Source: an uncultured Lentisphaeria bacterium
Lineage (GTDB): Bacteria > Verrucomicrobiota > Lentisphaeria > Victivallales > Victivallaceae
Assembly (NCBI GenBank): GCA_937888615.1
Contig: CALABZ010000086.1
Coordinates: 342 to 64,341, forward strand
DNA: 64,000 bases
Direction of reading: 5' to 3'
The notes under the pieces were generated by a model that made no database searches, was not told the DNA's origin, and was given only the letters and a program-made list of their open reading frames with translations. Shown in pieces: positions 35,551-45,005 of the stretch (its first letter is position 1; every line of letters begins with the position of its first letter). The position numbers and the translations under genes were made by a program.

Positions 35551-36162
35551 ATGAACTGCCTGCACCGTGGGCTGGAACGTTATTTCAGCGCGGAACAACT
35601 GGCGCGAATCGCCGCCGTGCGGGTCGGAATCGCCGGCGCCGGAGGGTTAGGGTCGAATTGCGCGCAAATGCTGGTGCGCAGCGGCTTCACCCAGTTGACG
35701 ATTGCCGATTTCGACGTGGTGGAAGCGGCAAACCTGAACCGTCAGTTCTTCTTCCCGGATCAGCTCGGCAGACCGAAGGTCGAGGCACTCCGGGAAAATC
35801 TGTTGCGCCTGAACCCCGATTTGAGGGCGAATTTTGTCAACCGCAGGATCGACGCGGACAACGCGCCGGAAACCTTTGCCGGGTGCGACGTGATCGTCGA
35901 AGCATTCGACCGCGCGGAATACAAAAAAATGTTGGCCGAAGTCTTTTATAACGCCGTTCCCCTCTACATTTCGGCCTCCGGCCTCGGCGGCTGGGGAAAC
36001 AGCGACTCCATCACGGTCCGGCGCGTCAACAGTCGTTTTTACCTGGTCGGCGACAGCGTCACCGAGGCGAACGAAGCAGCTCCGCCCTGTGCCCCCAGGG
36101 TTCATATCGCCGCCGCCAAGCAGGCGGACCTGGTACTGGCATATGCATTAGGAGATATTTAA
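35551..36162 (+). CDS. thiF: ThiF-family adenylyltransferase, short form
   Basis: GIAGAGGLGSNCAQMLVRSGF Rossmann motif and ADFDVVEAANLNRQ. It starts 4 nt after thiS. Confidence 0.8.
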   Translation: MNCLHRGLERYFSAEQLARIAAVRVGIAGAGGLGSNCAQMLVRSGFTQLTIADFDVVEAANLNRQFFFPDQLGRPKVEALRENLLRLNPDLRANFVNRRIDADNAPETFAGCDVIVEAFDRAEYKKMLAEVFYNAVPLYISASGLGGWGNSDSITVRRVNSRFYLVGDSVTEANEAAPPCAPRVHIAAAKQADLVLAYALGDI

Positions 36163-36182
36163 ATCATGAAGGAGAATCTGTC

Positions 36183-37091
36183 ATGCAGGATATGATCAAT
36201 GAAATCAAGCGCCTGAAAAAAGAGCGCAACGCCATCATCCTTGCCCATAATTATGTGCTGCCGGAAATACAGGACATTGCCGATTTTCTGGGTGACTCAT
36301 TGGAGCTGAGCATCAAGGCCCGCGATGCCAAAGCCGACGTCATCGTATTCTGCGGCGTCCGTTTTATGGCCGAAACCGCCAAGATTCTCTCTCCTGAGCG
36401 GACCGTACTGCTGCCGGTGCCCGACGCCGGTTGTCCGATGGCCGACATGGCCGACGCCGAAAAAGTCCGCGCTTTCCGCAAACAATATCCCGACGCCGTC
36501 GCCATCTGCTATGTCAACAGCACGGCGGAGGTCAAGGCGGAAGTCGACATCTGCTGTACGTCGTCCAACGTCGACAAAATCGTCAGTCTGGTGCCGAAAG
36601 ACCGTGACATCATTTTCCTGCCGGACATTAACCTCGGCGCCAATGTCAGCAACAAGCTGAACCGGAAAATGTTGTTCTGGCCCGGCTTCTGCCCGATTCA
36701 CCATCATGCCACGCCGGAAATGGTCCGCGCGGCGCGTATCGCCCACCCCGGTGCAATCGTACTTGTACACCCCGAATGCCCGGTCGAAACAGTCGCCGAG
36801 GCCGATTATGCGCTGAGCACCGGCGGCATCCTCCAGTTCGTCCGCGAATCGGAGGCGAAAGAATTCATCGTCGGCACCGAATACGGCATCATAAACCGTC
36901 TGAAAAACGAGAATCCCGGCAAGAAGTTCTATAAACTACCCCATGACCTGATCTGTCCCGACATGAAGAAAACCAAACTGGCGGACGTACTGAACGCCCT
37001 CCAAAATATGGTCCACAAAGTGGAACTCCCCGTCGAGCTCATGGACCGCGCCAGACTGCCGATCACCCGGATGCTCGAACAGAAATTATGA
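36183..37091 (+). CDS. nadA: Quinolinate synthase
   Basis: NAIILAHNYVLPEIQDIADFLGDSLELS...FCGVRFMAETAKILSP...GCPMADM...CYVNS...CTSSN...HPEC. Matches NadA along its full length. Confidence 0.95.
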   Translation: MQDMINEIKRLKKERNAIILAHNYVLPEIQDIADFLGDSLELSIKARDAKADVIVFCGVRFMAETAKILSPERTVLLPVPDAGCPMADMADAEKVRAFRKQYPDAVAICYVNSTAEVKAEVDICCTSSNVDKIVSLVPKDRDIIFLPDINLGANVSNKLNRKMLFWPGFCPIHHHATPEMVRAARIAHPGAIVLVHPECPVETVAEADYALSTGGILQFVRESEAKEFIVGTEYGIINRLKNENPGKKFYKLPHDLICPDMKKTKLADVLNALQNMVHKVELPVELMDRARLPITRMLEQKL

Positions 37092-38158
37092 GTACGAAAC
37101 CTTTATATGTAGCGGCGATGAGCGGCGGAGTCGACTCCACCGTCGCCGCCGCGCTGGCCCTCGAGTCCGGAGCCCGCGTAACCGGCGTGACGCTGATCCT
37201 GCGGGACTGCGACGGCAACGGCGGCTGCGGCAGCGACGACCGCGAACAGGTCACCCGGGTCGCCGCCCAGCTTGGTATTGAGCACCAGTTCCTTGATCTG
37301 CGCCGCGAATTCCGCGAAAAAGTGTTGGAATATTCCTGGAACGAATATCGGGCCGGACGCACCCCGAATCCCTGTGCGTTCTGTAATTTTCACCTGAAAT
37401 TCGGACTGCTTGCTGAACACGCCCGCGCCCTCGGCGCCGACGCCATGCTGACCGGCCATTACGCCATCCTTGATCATGAAAAAGGCGAACTCCGTCACGC
37501 CGTCGATACCAGCAAGGACCAGGTCTATTTCCTCGCGCTCCTGACCCGCGAACAACTGAAGTTCTGCCGGATGCCCCTCGGTTCTTTGACCAAAGACGAA
37601 GTGCGCCGCCGCGCCGATGTGCTGGGACTTGAAAACGCGCGGAAAAAGGAAAGCCAGGATGCCTGCTTCGGGGTTCCCGGTGAAGCTTTTTCGCAAACAC
37701 TGGCGGCTTATTTCGAAGCCGCGCCGGTCCCCGGTGAAATCGTGGATGAAAACGGCAAGGTGCTGGGACGCCATCAGGGCATTCATCTTTATACCATCGG
37801 CCAGCGCAAAGGGCTCGGCGTGGCGATGGGCCGTCCGGCCTATGTGACGGCTATCGACGCGAAAACCGGGCGCGTGGTGCTTTCCACCGACTCAAGCGTA
37901 CTGTTGCGGAACATTATCGAAGTGGACCGGGTCAACATGATGGCGGACCGCCCCGAACAATTCCAATGCGAAGTCCAGACCCGTTACCGCCAGAAACCGG
38001 TGCCGGCGACTGTAACCCTGCTGGCCGGAGGACGGGCTCGACTGGAATTAAACTCACCGGTCACGGCTCCGGCGGTCGGACAGGTCGCGGCCTTTTATGA
38101 CGGCGACCTGGTTCTCGGCGGCGGCATTATCACACAAACCAGCCAAAAGGAAAAATAA
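37088..38158 (+). CDS. mnmA: tRNA 2-thiouridine(34) synthase MnmA
   Basis: PP-loop AAMSGGVDSTVAA, NPCAFCN, TGHYA, DQVYFL, QDACF and HLYTIGQRKGLG. ATGA overlap with nadA. Confidence 0.95.
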   Translation: MSTKPLYVAAMSGGVDSTVAAALALESGARVTGVTLILRDCDGNGGCGSDDREQVTRVAAQLGIEHQFLDLRREFREKVLEYSWNEYRAGRTPNPCAFCNFHLKFGLLAEHARALGADAMLTGHYAILDHEKGELRHAVDTSKDQVYFLALLTREQLKFCRMPLGSLTKDEVRRRADVLGLENARKKESQDACFGVPGEAFSQTLAAYFEAAPVPGEIVDENGKVLGRHQGIHLYTIGQRKGLGVAMGRPAYVTAIDAKTGRVVLSTDSSVLLRNIIEVDRVNMMADRPEQFQCEVQTRYRQKPVPATVTLLAGGRARLELNSPVTAPAVGQVAAFYDGDLVLGGGIITQTSQKEK

Positions 38159-38159
38159 A

Positions 38160-39449
38160 ATGACGTTGAAAACATTCATGTCGGCAATGGTCCTCGCCAT
38201 TAGTTCGCTGGCTCTGTCCGCACAAAATACAGCCCTGCAGGTAACGACGGACAAACCGGAAGGGATTTACCGGAACGGCGAAAATGTTATTTTCAATATT
38301 CAGGTGCTTGAAAACGGCAAACCCGCTCCCGGCGAAAAATTCAGTTATGAACTGTGGACGGACGGACAGAAACCCATGAAGAACTCCGCCGTTTCCGCCG
38401 CCGAGCCGATACAGGTTAAATCCGCCCTTGATAAACCCGGCTGGACCCATATAGCGGTTTCGCTGACCGACAAGGACGGCAAGCCGATCGCAAAGAGCGT
38501 AAAACGCCTCGGCGCCATGATTGATCCGGAATCCATCAAGCCGGGAGCCGACGAACCGAAGGATTTCGACGCGTTCTGGAAGGAACAGCGCGAAACGTTG
38601 AACAAAGTCCCGGTGAAAGCCATTTTAGATGACGCGGGCGTCATCGAGAAAGACGGCGTCAAATACCGTTGCTACGACGTCAAAATCGATTGCGCCAGCG
38701 TGGCCCCGGTCTCCGGCTACCTGACGATTCCCGAAGGTGCAAAGCCGGGTTCATTGAAAGCGGTGGTCTATTATCACGGCGCGGGCGTCCGCAGTTCCGA
38801 CAAACAGATGAACCCCAACGCGATCGTGCTGGATGTCAACGCTCACGGAATCCTTAACGGACAGCCGCGGGAATTCTATCAATACCTGAACCGGACCAAT
38901 CTTTCCGGTTATCAGTTCCGCAATGCGGAGGACCGTTACAAATTTTATTTCCGCGAAATGTTCCTGAGGGTCATGCGCGCACTTGACTATATGAAGAACC
39001 GCCCGGAATGGAACGGCAAAGACTTGATCGCCTACGGTTCCAGCCAGGGCGGCGCCCAGGCGCTGGCGGCGGCGGGCCTGGACCCGCAGGTGACTTTGTG
39101 CGTGGCCTGCGTACCGGCCCTGAGCGACCACGGCGGCCTTCTGGCCGGGCGTGAATCCGGCTGGCCGCGGCTGATCCGACTGGACAAGGACGGGAAACCG
39201 GACAACGCCAAAATTGCGGAAACGTCCGGCTATTACGACTCGGCTAATTTTGCCAAACGAATCAAGGCCGAAACCTGTATGTCGGCGGGATTCATCGACA
39301 CGGTTTGCGTGCCGACCTCGGTATACGCCGCTTACAACAGCCTTCCGGCCGGCACCAAAAAAATCATGTACAACATGCCCGCCATGGGTCACGTCGGGAA
39401 TAACCCGCCCGGGCAAAAACGGCTTCAGGAAGTCCTGTCCGCCAAATAA
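38160..39449 (+). CDS. Secreted acetyl xylan esterase (AXE1/CE7-like)
   Basis: The start is moved to MTLKTFMSAMVLAISSLALSAQ, 1 nt after the mnmA stop. Motifs YHGAGVRS, nucleophile GSSQGG and C-terminal GHVG. Confidence 0.75.
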   Translation: MTLKTFMSAMVLAISSLALSAQNTALQVTTDKPEGIYRNGENVIFNIQVLENGKPAPGEKFSYELWTDGQKPMKNSAVSAAEPIQVKSALDKPGWTHIAVSLTDKDGKPIAKSVKRLGAMIDPESIKPGADEPKDFDAFWKEQRETLNKVPVKAILDDAGVIEKDGVKYRCYDVKIDCASVAPVSGYLTIPEGAKPGSLKAVVYYHGAGVRSSDKQMNPNAIVLDVNAHGILNGQPREFYQYLNRTNLSGYQFRNAEDRYKFYFREMFLRVMRALDYMKNRPEWNGKDLIAYGSSQGGAQALAAAGLDPQVTLCVACVPALSDHGGLLAGRESGWPRLIRLDKDGKPDNAKIAETSGYYDSANFAKRIKAETCMSAGFIDTVCVPTSVYAAYNSLPAGTKKIMYNMPAMGHVGNNPPGQKRLQEVLSAK

Positions 39450-40085
39450 TCATTCCCTGCCGAACGGCATGGTGACATAAAGCAGCGAATCGCCGGGGAG
39501 CTTCATTTCCTCGGCGAGTTTTTTTGTATCCACCGCGCCGCAGACGACCGTGGCGAAACCGCCCGAAGCCGCATACAGGTAAATGTTCTGAACCACAAAT
39601 CCGATATGCATCGGAGCATAAACAGCGATCCGGTCCGTGGGAAACCGCTTCGCCTTCATTTTCGCTGAATCGGATACCGGGATCAAGACCACCGGGGCGG
39701 TCGTATGCATTTGAGTCTGGAAACCGCAGAACGGACGCAGGTCGCGGGCCTGTTCCAACAATAATTCGTGTTTGGCGGGATCATACCGGTACAGTCCGTC
39801 TTTCATGGCGGCATAAAGTACGATATCCTGAATATTGCGGGCGGTGGGATTGGTGCGGCGTCCGTCCGGCCGGGTCACGCCGGTGGCGGCGTAGCACAAA
39901 TCGGATAACTCCTGCATAGTAAGCGGTTTGTCGCTGATATTCCGCTTCGACTTGCGTTCAGTCAGTACTTGCATGAACGGTTTGCCGCCGGTTTTATCCG
40001 GGGGCGGCAACTTAATGACTTTATCAGCGGCAGTCAGGCAGGCAAACGCTCCGCACAAAGCGAGACAGCATAATGATTTCTTCAT
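39450..40085 (-). CDS. Nitroreductase-family protein with a signal peptide
   Basis: MKKSLCCLALCGAFACLTA signal. RKSKRNISDKPLTMQELSDLCYAATG and PTARNIQDIVLY are typical of the nitroreductase/SagB-like fold. Confidence 0.7.
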   Translation of the reverse strand: MKKSLCCLALCGAFACLTAADKVIKLPPPDKTGGKPFMQVLTERKSKRNISDKPLTMQELSDLCYAATGVTRPDGRRTNPTARNIQDIVLYAAMKDGLYRYDPAKHELLLEQARDLRPFCGFQTQMHTTAPVVLIPVSDSAKMKAKRFPTDRIAVYAPMHIGFVVQNIYLYAASGGFATVVCGAVDTKKLAEEMKLPGDSLLYVTMPFGRE

Positions 40086-40142
40086 AAATTCCTCCGGGTT
40101 ACTGGAATAAATTACACCCGGAAGAAACTCGTGTCAAATTAT

Positions 40143-40949
40143 TTAGAATGTTTTGGCCGCGTAATCGACGGCATTGCGGAAGAACGCGACCCCCTGCCCT
40201 TCGGGCGGAAGTTCGCCTTTCAGCTTGTCGGTGGTCCAACTCGGGGAGTTGAACGGCGACAGGAACGCTTCCGGGTGGGGCATCAGTCCGAAGATACGCC
40301 CGGTGGAGTCGCAAATACCGGCAATGGCATTCAACGAACCGTTGGGATTGGCCGGGAAACTGTCGGCAATGGAGCCGTCGGCATTAGCGTAACGGAGAAC
40401 GACCAGATTGTTCTTTTCGATCAATTCCATCGTGGCCTCGTCAGCGACGAATTTGCCTTCGCCATGGCGGATCGGCAGACGCACGAGATCAATTCCCTTC
40501 GTGAACACGCAGGGCGAAGCGGGATTGGCTTTCAGATAACACCAGTCATCGCGGAAAACACCGGAATCGTTGTGGGCCAGCGCCGCCTGCTGGGTGAAAT
40601 ACTGGCCGTTCAGCGCCGGAACCATGCCCAGCCGGGTCAGCGTCTGGAAGCCGTTGCAGATGCCGATGACGAGTTTGCCGTCGGCGATGAATTTTTCGAG
40701 CTGGTCGCGCAGGTTGTATTTGACGCGGTTGGCGAAAACAGAACCAGAGCCGAGATGATCCCCGAACGAAAATCCACCGATAAATGCCAGGATATGAAAC
40801 TCGCCCAGGTTACGCTTGCCGGCGAGGATATCGTTCAGGTGAACTTTTTCGGCGGTGGCCCCGCAATAATTGAAGGCGGTGGCGGTTTCTTTTTCACAAT
40901 TTAATCCGAATCCGGTAATAACCAACACTTTGACGTCTGCTTTATCCAT
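40143..40949 (-). CDS. purQ: Phosphoribosylformylglycinamidine synthase glutamine amidotransferase subunit (PurQ, long form)
   Basis: VLVITGFGLNCEKET, GGFSFGD, GICNGFQ (catalytic Cys), MPHPE. Confidence 0.75.
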   Translation of the reverse strand: MDKADVKVLVITGFGLNCEKETATAFNYCGATAEKVHLNDILAGKRNLGEFHILAFIGGFSFGDHLGSGSVFANRVKYNLRDQLEKFIADGKLVIGICNGFQTLTRLGMVPALNGQYFTQQAALAHNDSGVFRDDWCYLKANPASPCVFTKGIDLVRLPIRHGEGKFVADEATMELIEKNNLVVLRYANADGSIADSFPANPNGSLNAIAGICDSTGRIFGLMPHPEAFLSPFNSPSWTTDKLKGELPPEGQGVAFFRNAVDYAAKTF

Positions 40950-41062
40950 ATCGACCCTGGCTGTTTGACAAGTTAAAAATCATTTCAGGTAAATTACCCC
41001 CAATCCCCCTGATTTTCAAATCAATATGGTCATGAAATGACAATTTTATCGCGGTCGCAAAG

Positions 41063-41701
41063 TCATTGTCCGGCTTCATCGTTCAACCGCGCGAAAAACT
41101 CGTGCATAAAGGCGGCGCGTTCATGGGCGAGCTCGCGCCCGGCCCCGGTCAGCATCCGATCTTCGATATGGCGAAGCTTGACCAGATACTCGCGATACGC
41201 CGAGTCCTCGCGGCTGTACTCGGCGGAATTCATGGCTTCTTCGGCGGTGTTGTGGAGGCGGGCGCCTTCGCGCCCGGCGAAGTAAAACGCGCGGCCAATG
41301 CCGACCGCACCGATAGAGTCGAGTTTGTCGGCATCGTAAACAATTTTTTCTTCAAGCGTCTGCGGAATCAGTTTGCCGCGGAAGCGGTGGGTTCGCACAC
41401 AGGCGGCCACCTTGACGATAAACTCCGGCTCACAGCCGTGTTTTTCCAACAATTCGGCGGCCTGTTCCGCACCGTAACGGGCATGGCAGTGCCGCCCTTT
41501 GGAGCGTATTTCCTCGGGACGGCCAATATCGTGCAGCAGTGCGGCGGTTTCCACCACCGTCAGGTCCGCGCCGGATTCCAGCGCCGCCAGCTTCCGGGCA
41601 TTGGCAAGCACCCGCATGGTGTGGTCGAAATCATGACAGCCGGAGGCGGACTCAAGGATCGTTCTTACCTCCGCTTCAAGGACGGCGAAAAGTCCGGTCA
41701 T
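41063..41701 (-). CDS. HD-domain metal-dependent phosphohydrolase
   Basis: CHDFDHTMRV...AALLHDIGR...DADKLDSIG. Confidence 0.85.
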   Translation of the reverse strand: MTGLFAVLEAEVRTILESASGCHDFDHTMRVLANARKLAALESGADLTVVETAALLHDIGRPEEIRSKGRHCHARYGAEQAAELLEKHGCEPEFIVKVAACVRTHRFRGKLIPQTLEEKIVYDADKLDSIGAVGIGRAFYFAGREGARLHNTAEEAMNSAEYSREDSAYREYLVKLRHIEDRMLTGAGRELAHERAAFMHEFFARLNDEAGQ

Positions 41702-42246
41702 GAGTTCTCCAGGAGTTCGAACAGTTCTTCCGGTGTATCGGCTACCCGGATCAGCCCGTAGTGTGGAGAACGTAAAAATCCCTCGTTACAGCAATGCTCC
41801 AGGAAACGCAAAAGATGGTTATAGAATCCCGCAGTGTTCAGAAACACGCACGGGAGCATGTGCAAATTAAGCTGGCGCCAGGCAAAGGCCTCCATGATTT
41901 CGTCGAGGGTACCGAAACCGCCGGGCATAGCGATCAGCGCGTCGGCCTTTTCGATCATCATCCGTTTACGGGTATGCATGGAATCGACGACATGAAGTTC
42001 GGTCAGCCCCGGATGGACCAATTCTCCGGGAAGCTTGTCCGGGATGATTCCGGTGACTTTGCCGCCTTCCCGCAAAACCGCGTCAGCGATAATCCCCATG
42101 GTGCCGGAGGCCGCACCGCCATAGATCAGCGAACAGCCGCGCCGGGCGATCATTGATCCCAGGCGCATCGCCGTGTCGCGGTAAATCGGCGACACCTCGC
42201 CGGAAGAACCGCAGTACACACAAATGTTACGGATTTTTGTGTTCAT
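41698..42246 (-). CDS. LOG family (TIGR00730-type) nucleotide 5'-monophosphate nucleosidase
   Basis: ICVYCGSS...LIYGGAASGTMG...PGGFGTLDEIMEA. ATGA overlap with the HD gene. Confidence 0.9.
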   Translation of the reverse strand: MNTKIRNICVYCGSSGEVSPIYRDTAMRLGSMIARRGCSLIYGGAASGTMGIIADAVLREGGKVTGIIPDKLPGELVHPGLTELHVVDSMHTRKRMMIEKADALIAMPGGFGTLDEIMEAFAWRQLNLHMLPCVFLNTAGFYNHLLRFLEHCCNEGFLRSPHYGLIRVADTPEELFELLENS

Positions 42247-43072
42247 ACATGGCCTTCAGCTTGCGTACATAATCACGCATCGCCAGCGGCAATGAGGCGT
42301 CGCCGGCAATCCGGTCGAGAACTTTCAAGGCTTGCGCCGTTCCGCCGGCGGTCAATAATTTTCCGGCCTCCGCCAATTCCAGTTCGGCAGGCAGGGGAGA
42401 CAACACATCCCGGACCTCTTCCTGTTCGCGATCCACTTTACCGAGCAACCGGACAGCACCATTCAGCGCGACGGTACGGTCGGCCAGCGTCACGTGCGTC
42501 ATAGAAAGAGTCCGCAGGTATGCTTCCAGTGCCGGAAGCGGGAAACCGTGTTTCTCATAGGCGCGACCGGTGGAAAGCATGGCCCGTCCCGAAAAGCTGT
42601 TGCCGACCTGTGCGCCGTAATCATACGACACCAGAGCCTTGCGCCATTGGCCGCCCTGTTCCTGAAGCTGACCATACAGACAGTAATATTCTCCTTTGAA
42701 CGCCGGAGGCACCGCGTCCGCATCCGCAATCACGCCCAACGCTTCCCGTGAACGTCCGAGCGCGCCGAGGAGCCGCATCCGATGAAATTTGAACCGGCAG
42801 AGCCAAGCCTTGTCGCCTCCGCATTCATCAATCATCTTGTCGGCGACGGCAAGCGCCCGCGGGTAATCTTTCAGTTCGCTCATGGCAAGGATCGCGAAAT
42901 GCGCCGCTTTGCAGCGCTCGGTCGATGGCGCGGTCGGGAATTTTTCGAAAAAAGCAATGACTTCCGGGTAGCTGCCCTGCTGGAAAAGTTTCGCTCCTTT
43001 CATGGCGCTGTCGTCCGCCCGCAGCGTCAGGACGGCGGCAAAAGATAAAACGGCCAGTAATACATACTTCAT
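42227..43072 (-). CDS. Secreted helical-repeat (TPR-like) hypothetical protein
   Basis: Signal peptide MKYVLLAVLSFAAVLTLRA, followed by a repetitive Ala/Leu-rich helical pattern. Confidence 0.55.
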   Translation of the reverse strand: MKYVLLAVLSFAAVLTLRADDSAMKGAKLFQQGSYPEVIAFFEKFPTAPSTERCKAAHFAILAMSELKDYPRALAVADKMIDECGGDKAWLCRFKFHRMRLLGALGRSREALGVIADADAVPPAFKGEYYCLYGQLQEQGGQWRKALVSYDYGAQVGNSFSGRAMLSTGRAYEKHGFPLPALEAYLRTLSMTHVTLADRTVALNGAVRLLGKVDREQEEVRDVLSPLPAELELAEAGKLLTAGGTAQALKVLDRIAGDASLPLAMRDYVRKLKAMYEHKNP

Positions 43073-43193
43073 ATAATTGTCTCCCGAAGTCTGAATAAAG
43101 TTAGTACGAAAATCGGGAAATACAAGCCGGGTGCGGCAATTTTTGGTTTATTCGGTTGCTTTGGAGTGATTCCCAAGTTATATTTACAAGGAT

Positions 43194-45005
43194 ATGGAAC
43201 ATTACGGAGATCATACGTTGAAGATACTGGAAAAAATCGCCATTGCGGCCATCGTGACGCTGACAGTGCTATTGCCGCTCAAATTCGCCTCTCTGATCGG
43301 TATACCGGAAGCCACCGCCCTTTTCCCTGAAGAACTTTTTCCATGGCTCATCGTGCTCTGGCCGGTATCAGCGTTTCCCGTTTTCAGCGCGGCGGTGCTG
43401 ATTATCGCGCTGATTGCGTTCAGGCCGCGCCCGAATAAACAGTTCAAGGCCTTCGTCATCGCCGGGCTGTGGCTACTCCTCGGACTGGTCGGCTATATCG
43501 GCGCGATCAACGCCGAAACTTATGACTTCGTCGCCATGGAGATTCCGCATGGACTCGGAATCGGGGCCTATGCCGCCTCGGTTTACCTGTTGCTGTCGAA
43601 CCGCCCCGAATGGCGGCGGAAACTCCTTTTTATCATGTTCGCTACCGCCATGCTGGTGGCATTGCTGGGGTGGGAACAGCGTCTGGCGGGCTTCGAGGAC
43701 ACGCGCAATTTCACCATCCAGCAGGAACAATCGACTGGCCTCGCTCTCTCCGAGGCCTTGAAAGCCCGTATTTTCGACGACCGGATTTATTCCACGTTCG
43801 GCTCCTGCAACAATCTCGGCGGTTTTCTGTTGATGATGCTGCCGCTGCTCTTTTATCTGGCCTGGCGGGCGGGCGGGCGGATCGAACCACCATGGGGCGG
43901 ACGAATCGTATTCCTGTCGCTGGGGGTGTTGATCATGGCGGCGCCGTTTTTCATGACCGCCAGCCGGGCGGCTTTCGCCTGTCTGCTGGCGACGTGCGTA
44001 CTTTTCGTACTGATGCTTCCGGTCGGGAAATGGGTCCGTTGGGGAATCGTCGGCGGAGCGGTTTTCGCCGTGATTGCCGGGACGTTTTACATCGCACTTC
44101 GCGGGCGCGGCTTCTCCTCAATGGAAGCGCGGTTGGATTATCAATGGTCCTCGCTGTGGATCTTCCTGAAAAATCCGTTTCTCGGCACCGGCTGGGGGGA
44201 TTTTTTCCACGACTACATGATCATCAAGCGTTTTCCGGGAAATGAAGCGCCGCACGACCCGCATTGCATGATCGCCGCCTATTTCAGCCAGTGCGGAATC
44301 CTCGGCGGACTGGTCTGTCTCGCAGTCCTGTTTTATCCGTTGTGGGAGGGCTGGCGCAAAATCCACCGTTCCGCGCAATCCGTTTTTTCCAATCTTGATA
44401 CCTGGCTGCTGCTTGGAATCGCCGGCGTGACCATGCATTCACAGCTCGACACCAACATGCAGGTGCCGGCGATGATGTGCTACCTTGCAGGATTCCAAAT
44501 CATCCTGTTGACCGATGAGAAAGAACCGGAACGTACACTCGGGACGAAAACCCGTTGGTTCCTCCAGGTTGGCTTCGTCCTGGCGGCGCTCTGGATGGCG
44601 CTGGCGGGCGGCTGGGGCAGCGTCAAGCTGGTTCAGGGCGAAAAAGCCTTCGCCACCCTCTGCGACCTGGCCTCTCCGATGGGCAAAAAGCCCGAAGAAT
44701 TTTACCGGGTCTCCCCGGAACAAGTCAATCTGGCGTTGAACAAAGCTGTGGAACTGCGGCCGTATTCACCGTTCCCGTGGCAGGTGGCGGCGGACTTCAT
44801 GTTCGGGCGCGGCCTGTACGATATCGCCGAAATCTATTACCTGAAAGCGTTGGAACTGTCCCCCGAGCGGGCCTCTCTGAACCATCGTCTCCACCGACTC
44901 TACCGGCTGACCGGCAACGAAGCCCAGGCCGCCAAATACCTGAAACGCGCACAGGAATTATTTCCCAACAACGAAGATTACCGGGAGCCATGGTCGCCGA
45001 AATGA
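43194..45005 (+). CDS. O-antigen ligase/polymerase-like (Wzy_C) membrane protein with C-terminal TPR repeats
   Basis: More than 10 hydrophobic helices. The loop TASRAAFACLLAT...RGRGFSSMEARLDYQW...GTGWGDFFHDY is typical of the O-antigen ligase family. The C-terminus YYLKALELSPERASLNHRLHRLYRLTGNEAQAAKYLKRAQELFP is TPR. Confidence 0.75.
   Translation: MEHYGDHTLKILEKIAIAAIVTLTVLLPLKFASLIGIPEATALFPEELFPWLIVLWPVSAFPVFSAAVLIIALIAFRPRPNKQFKAFVIAGLWLLLGLVGYIGAINAETYDFVAMEIPHGLGIGAYAASVYLLLSNRPEWRRKLLFIMFATAMLVALLGWEQRLAGFEDTRNFTIQQEQSTGLALSEALKARIFDDRIYSTFGSCNNLGGFLLMMLPLLFYLAWRAGGRIEPPWGGRIVFLSLGVLIMAAPFFMTASRAAFACLLATCVLFVLMLPVGKWVRWGIVGGAVFAVIAGTFYIALRGRGFSSMEARLDYQWSSLWIFLKNPFLGTGWGDFFHDYMIIKRFPGNEAPHDPHCMIAAYFSQCGILGGLVCLAVLFYPLWEGWRKIHRSAQSVFSNLDTWLLLGIAGVTMHSQLDTNMQVPAMMCYLAGFQIILLTDEKEPERTLGTKTRWFLQVGFVLAALWMALAGGWGSVKLVQGEKAFATLCDLASPMGKKPEEFYRVSPEQVNLALNKAVELRPYSPFPWQVAADFMFGRGLYDIAEIYYLKALELSPERASLNHRLHRLYRLTGNEAQAAKYLKRAQELFPNNEDYREPWSPK

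Noticed and set aside
40088-40126. Hairpin TTCCTCCGGGT...ACCCGGAAGAA between purQ and the nitroreductase gene as a terminator
   Set aside because: The stem is imperfect and has no U-tract on the transcribed (minus) strand. It overlaps the GGAGGAA RBS of the downstream gene, so a terminator call is not justified. It could equally be an RBS-sequestering structure, and I cannot tell which.
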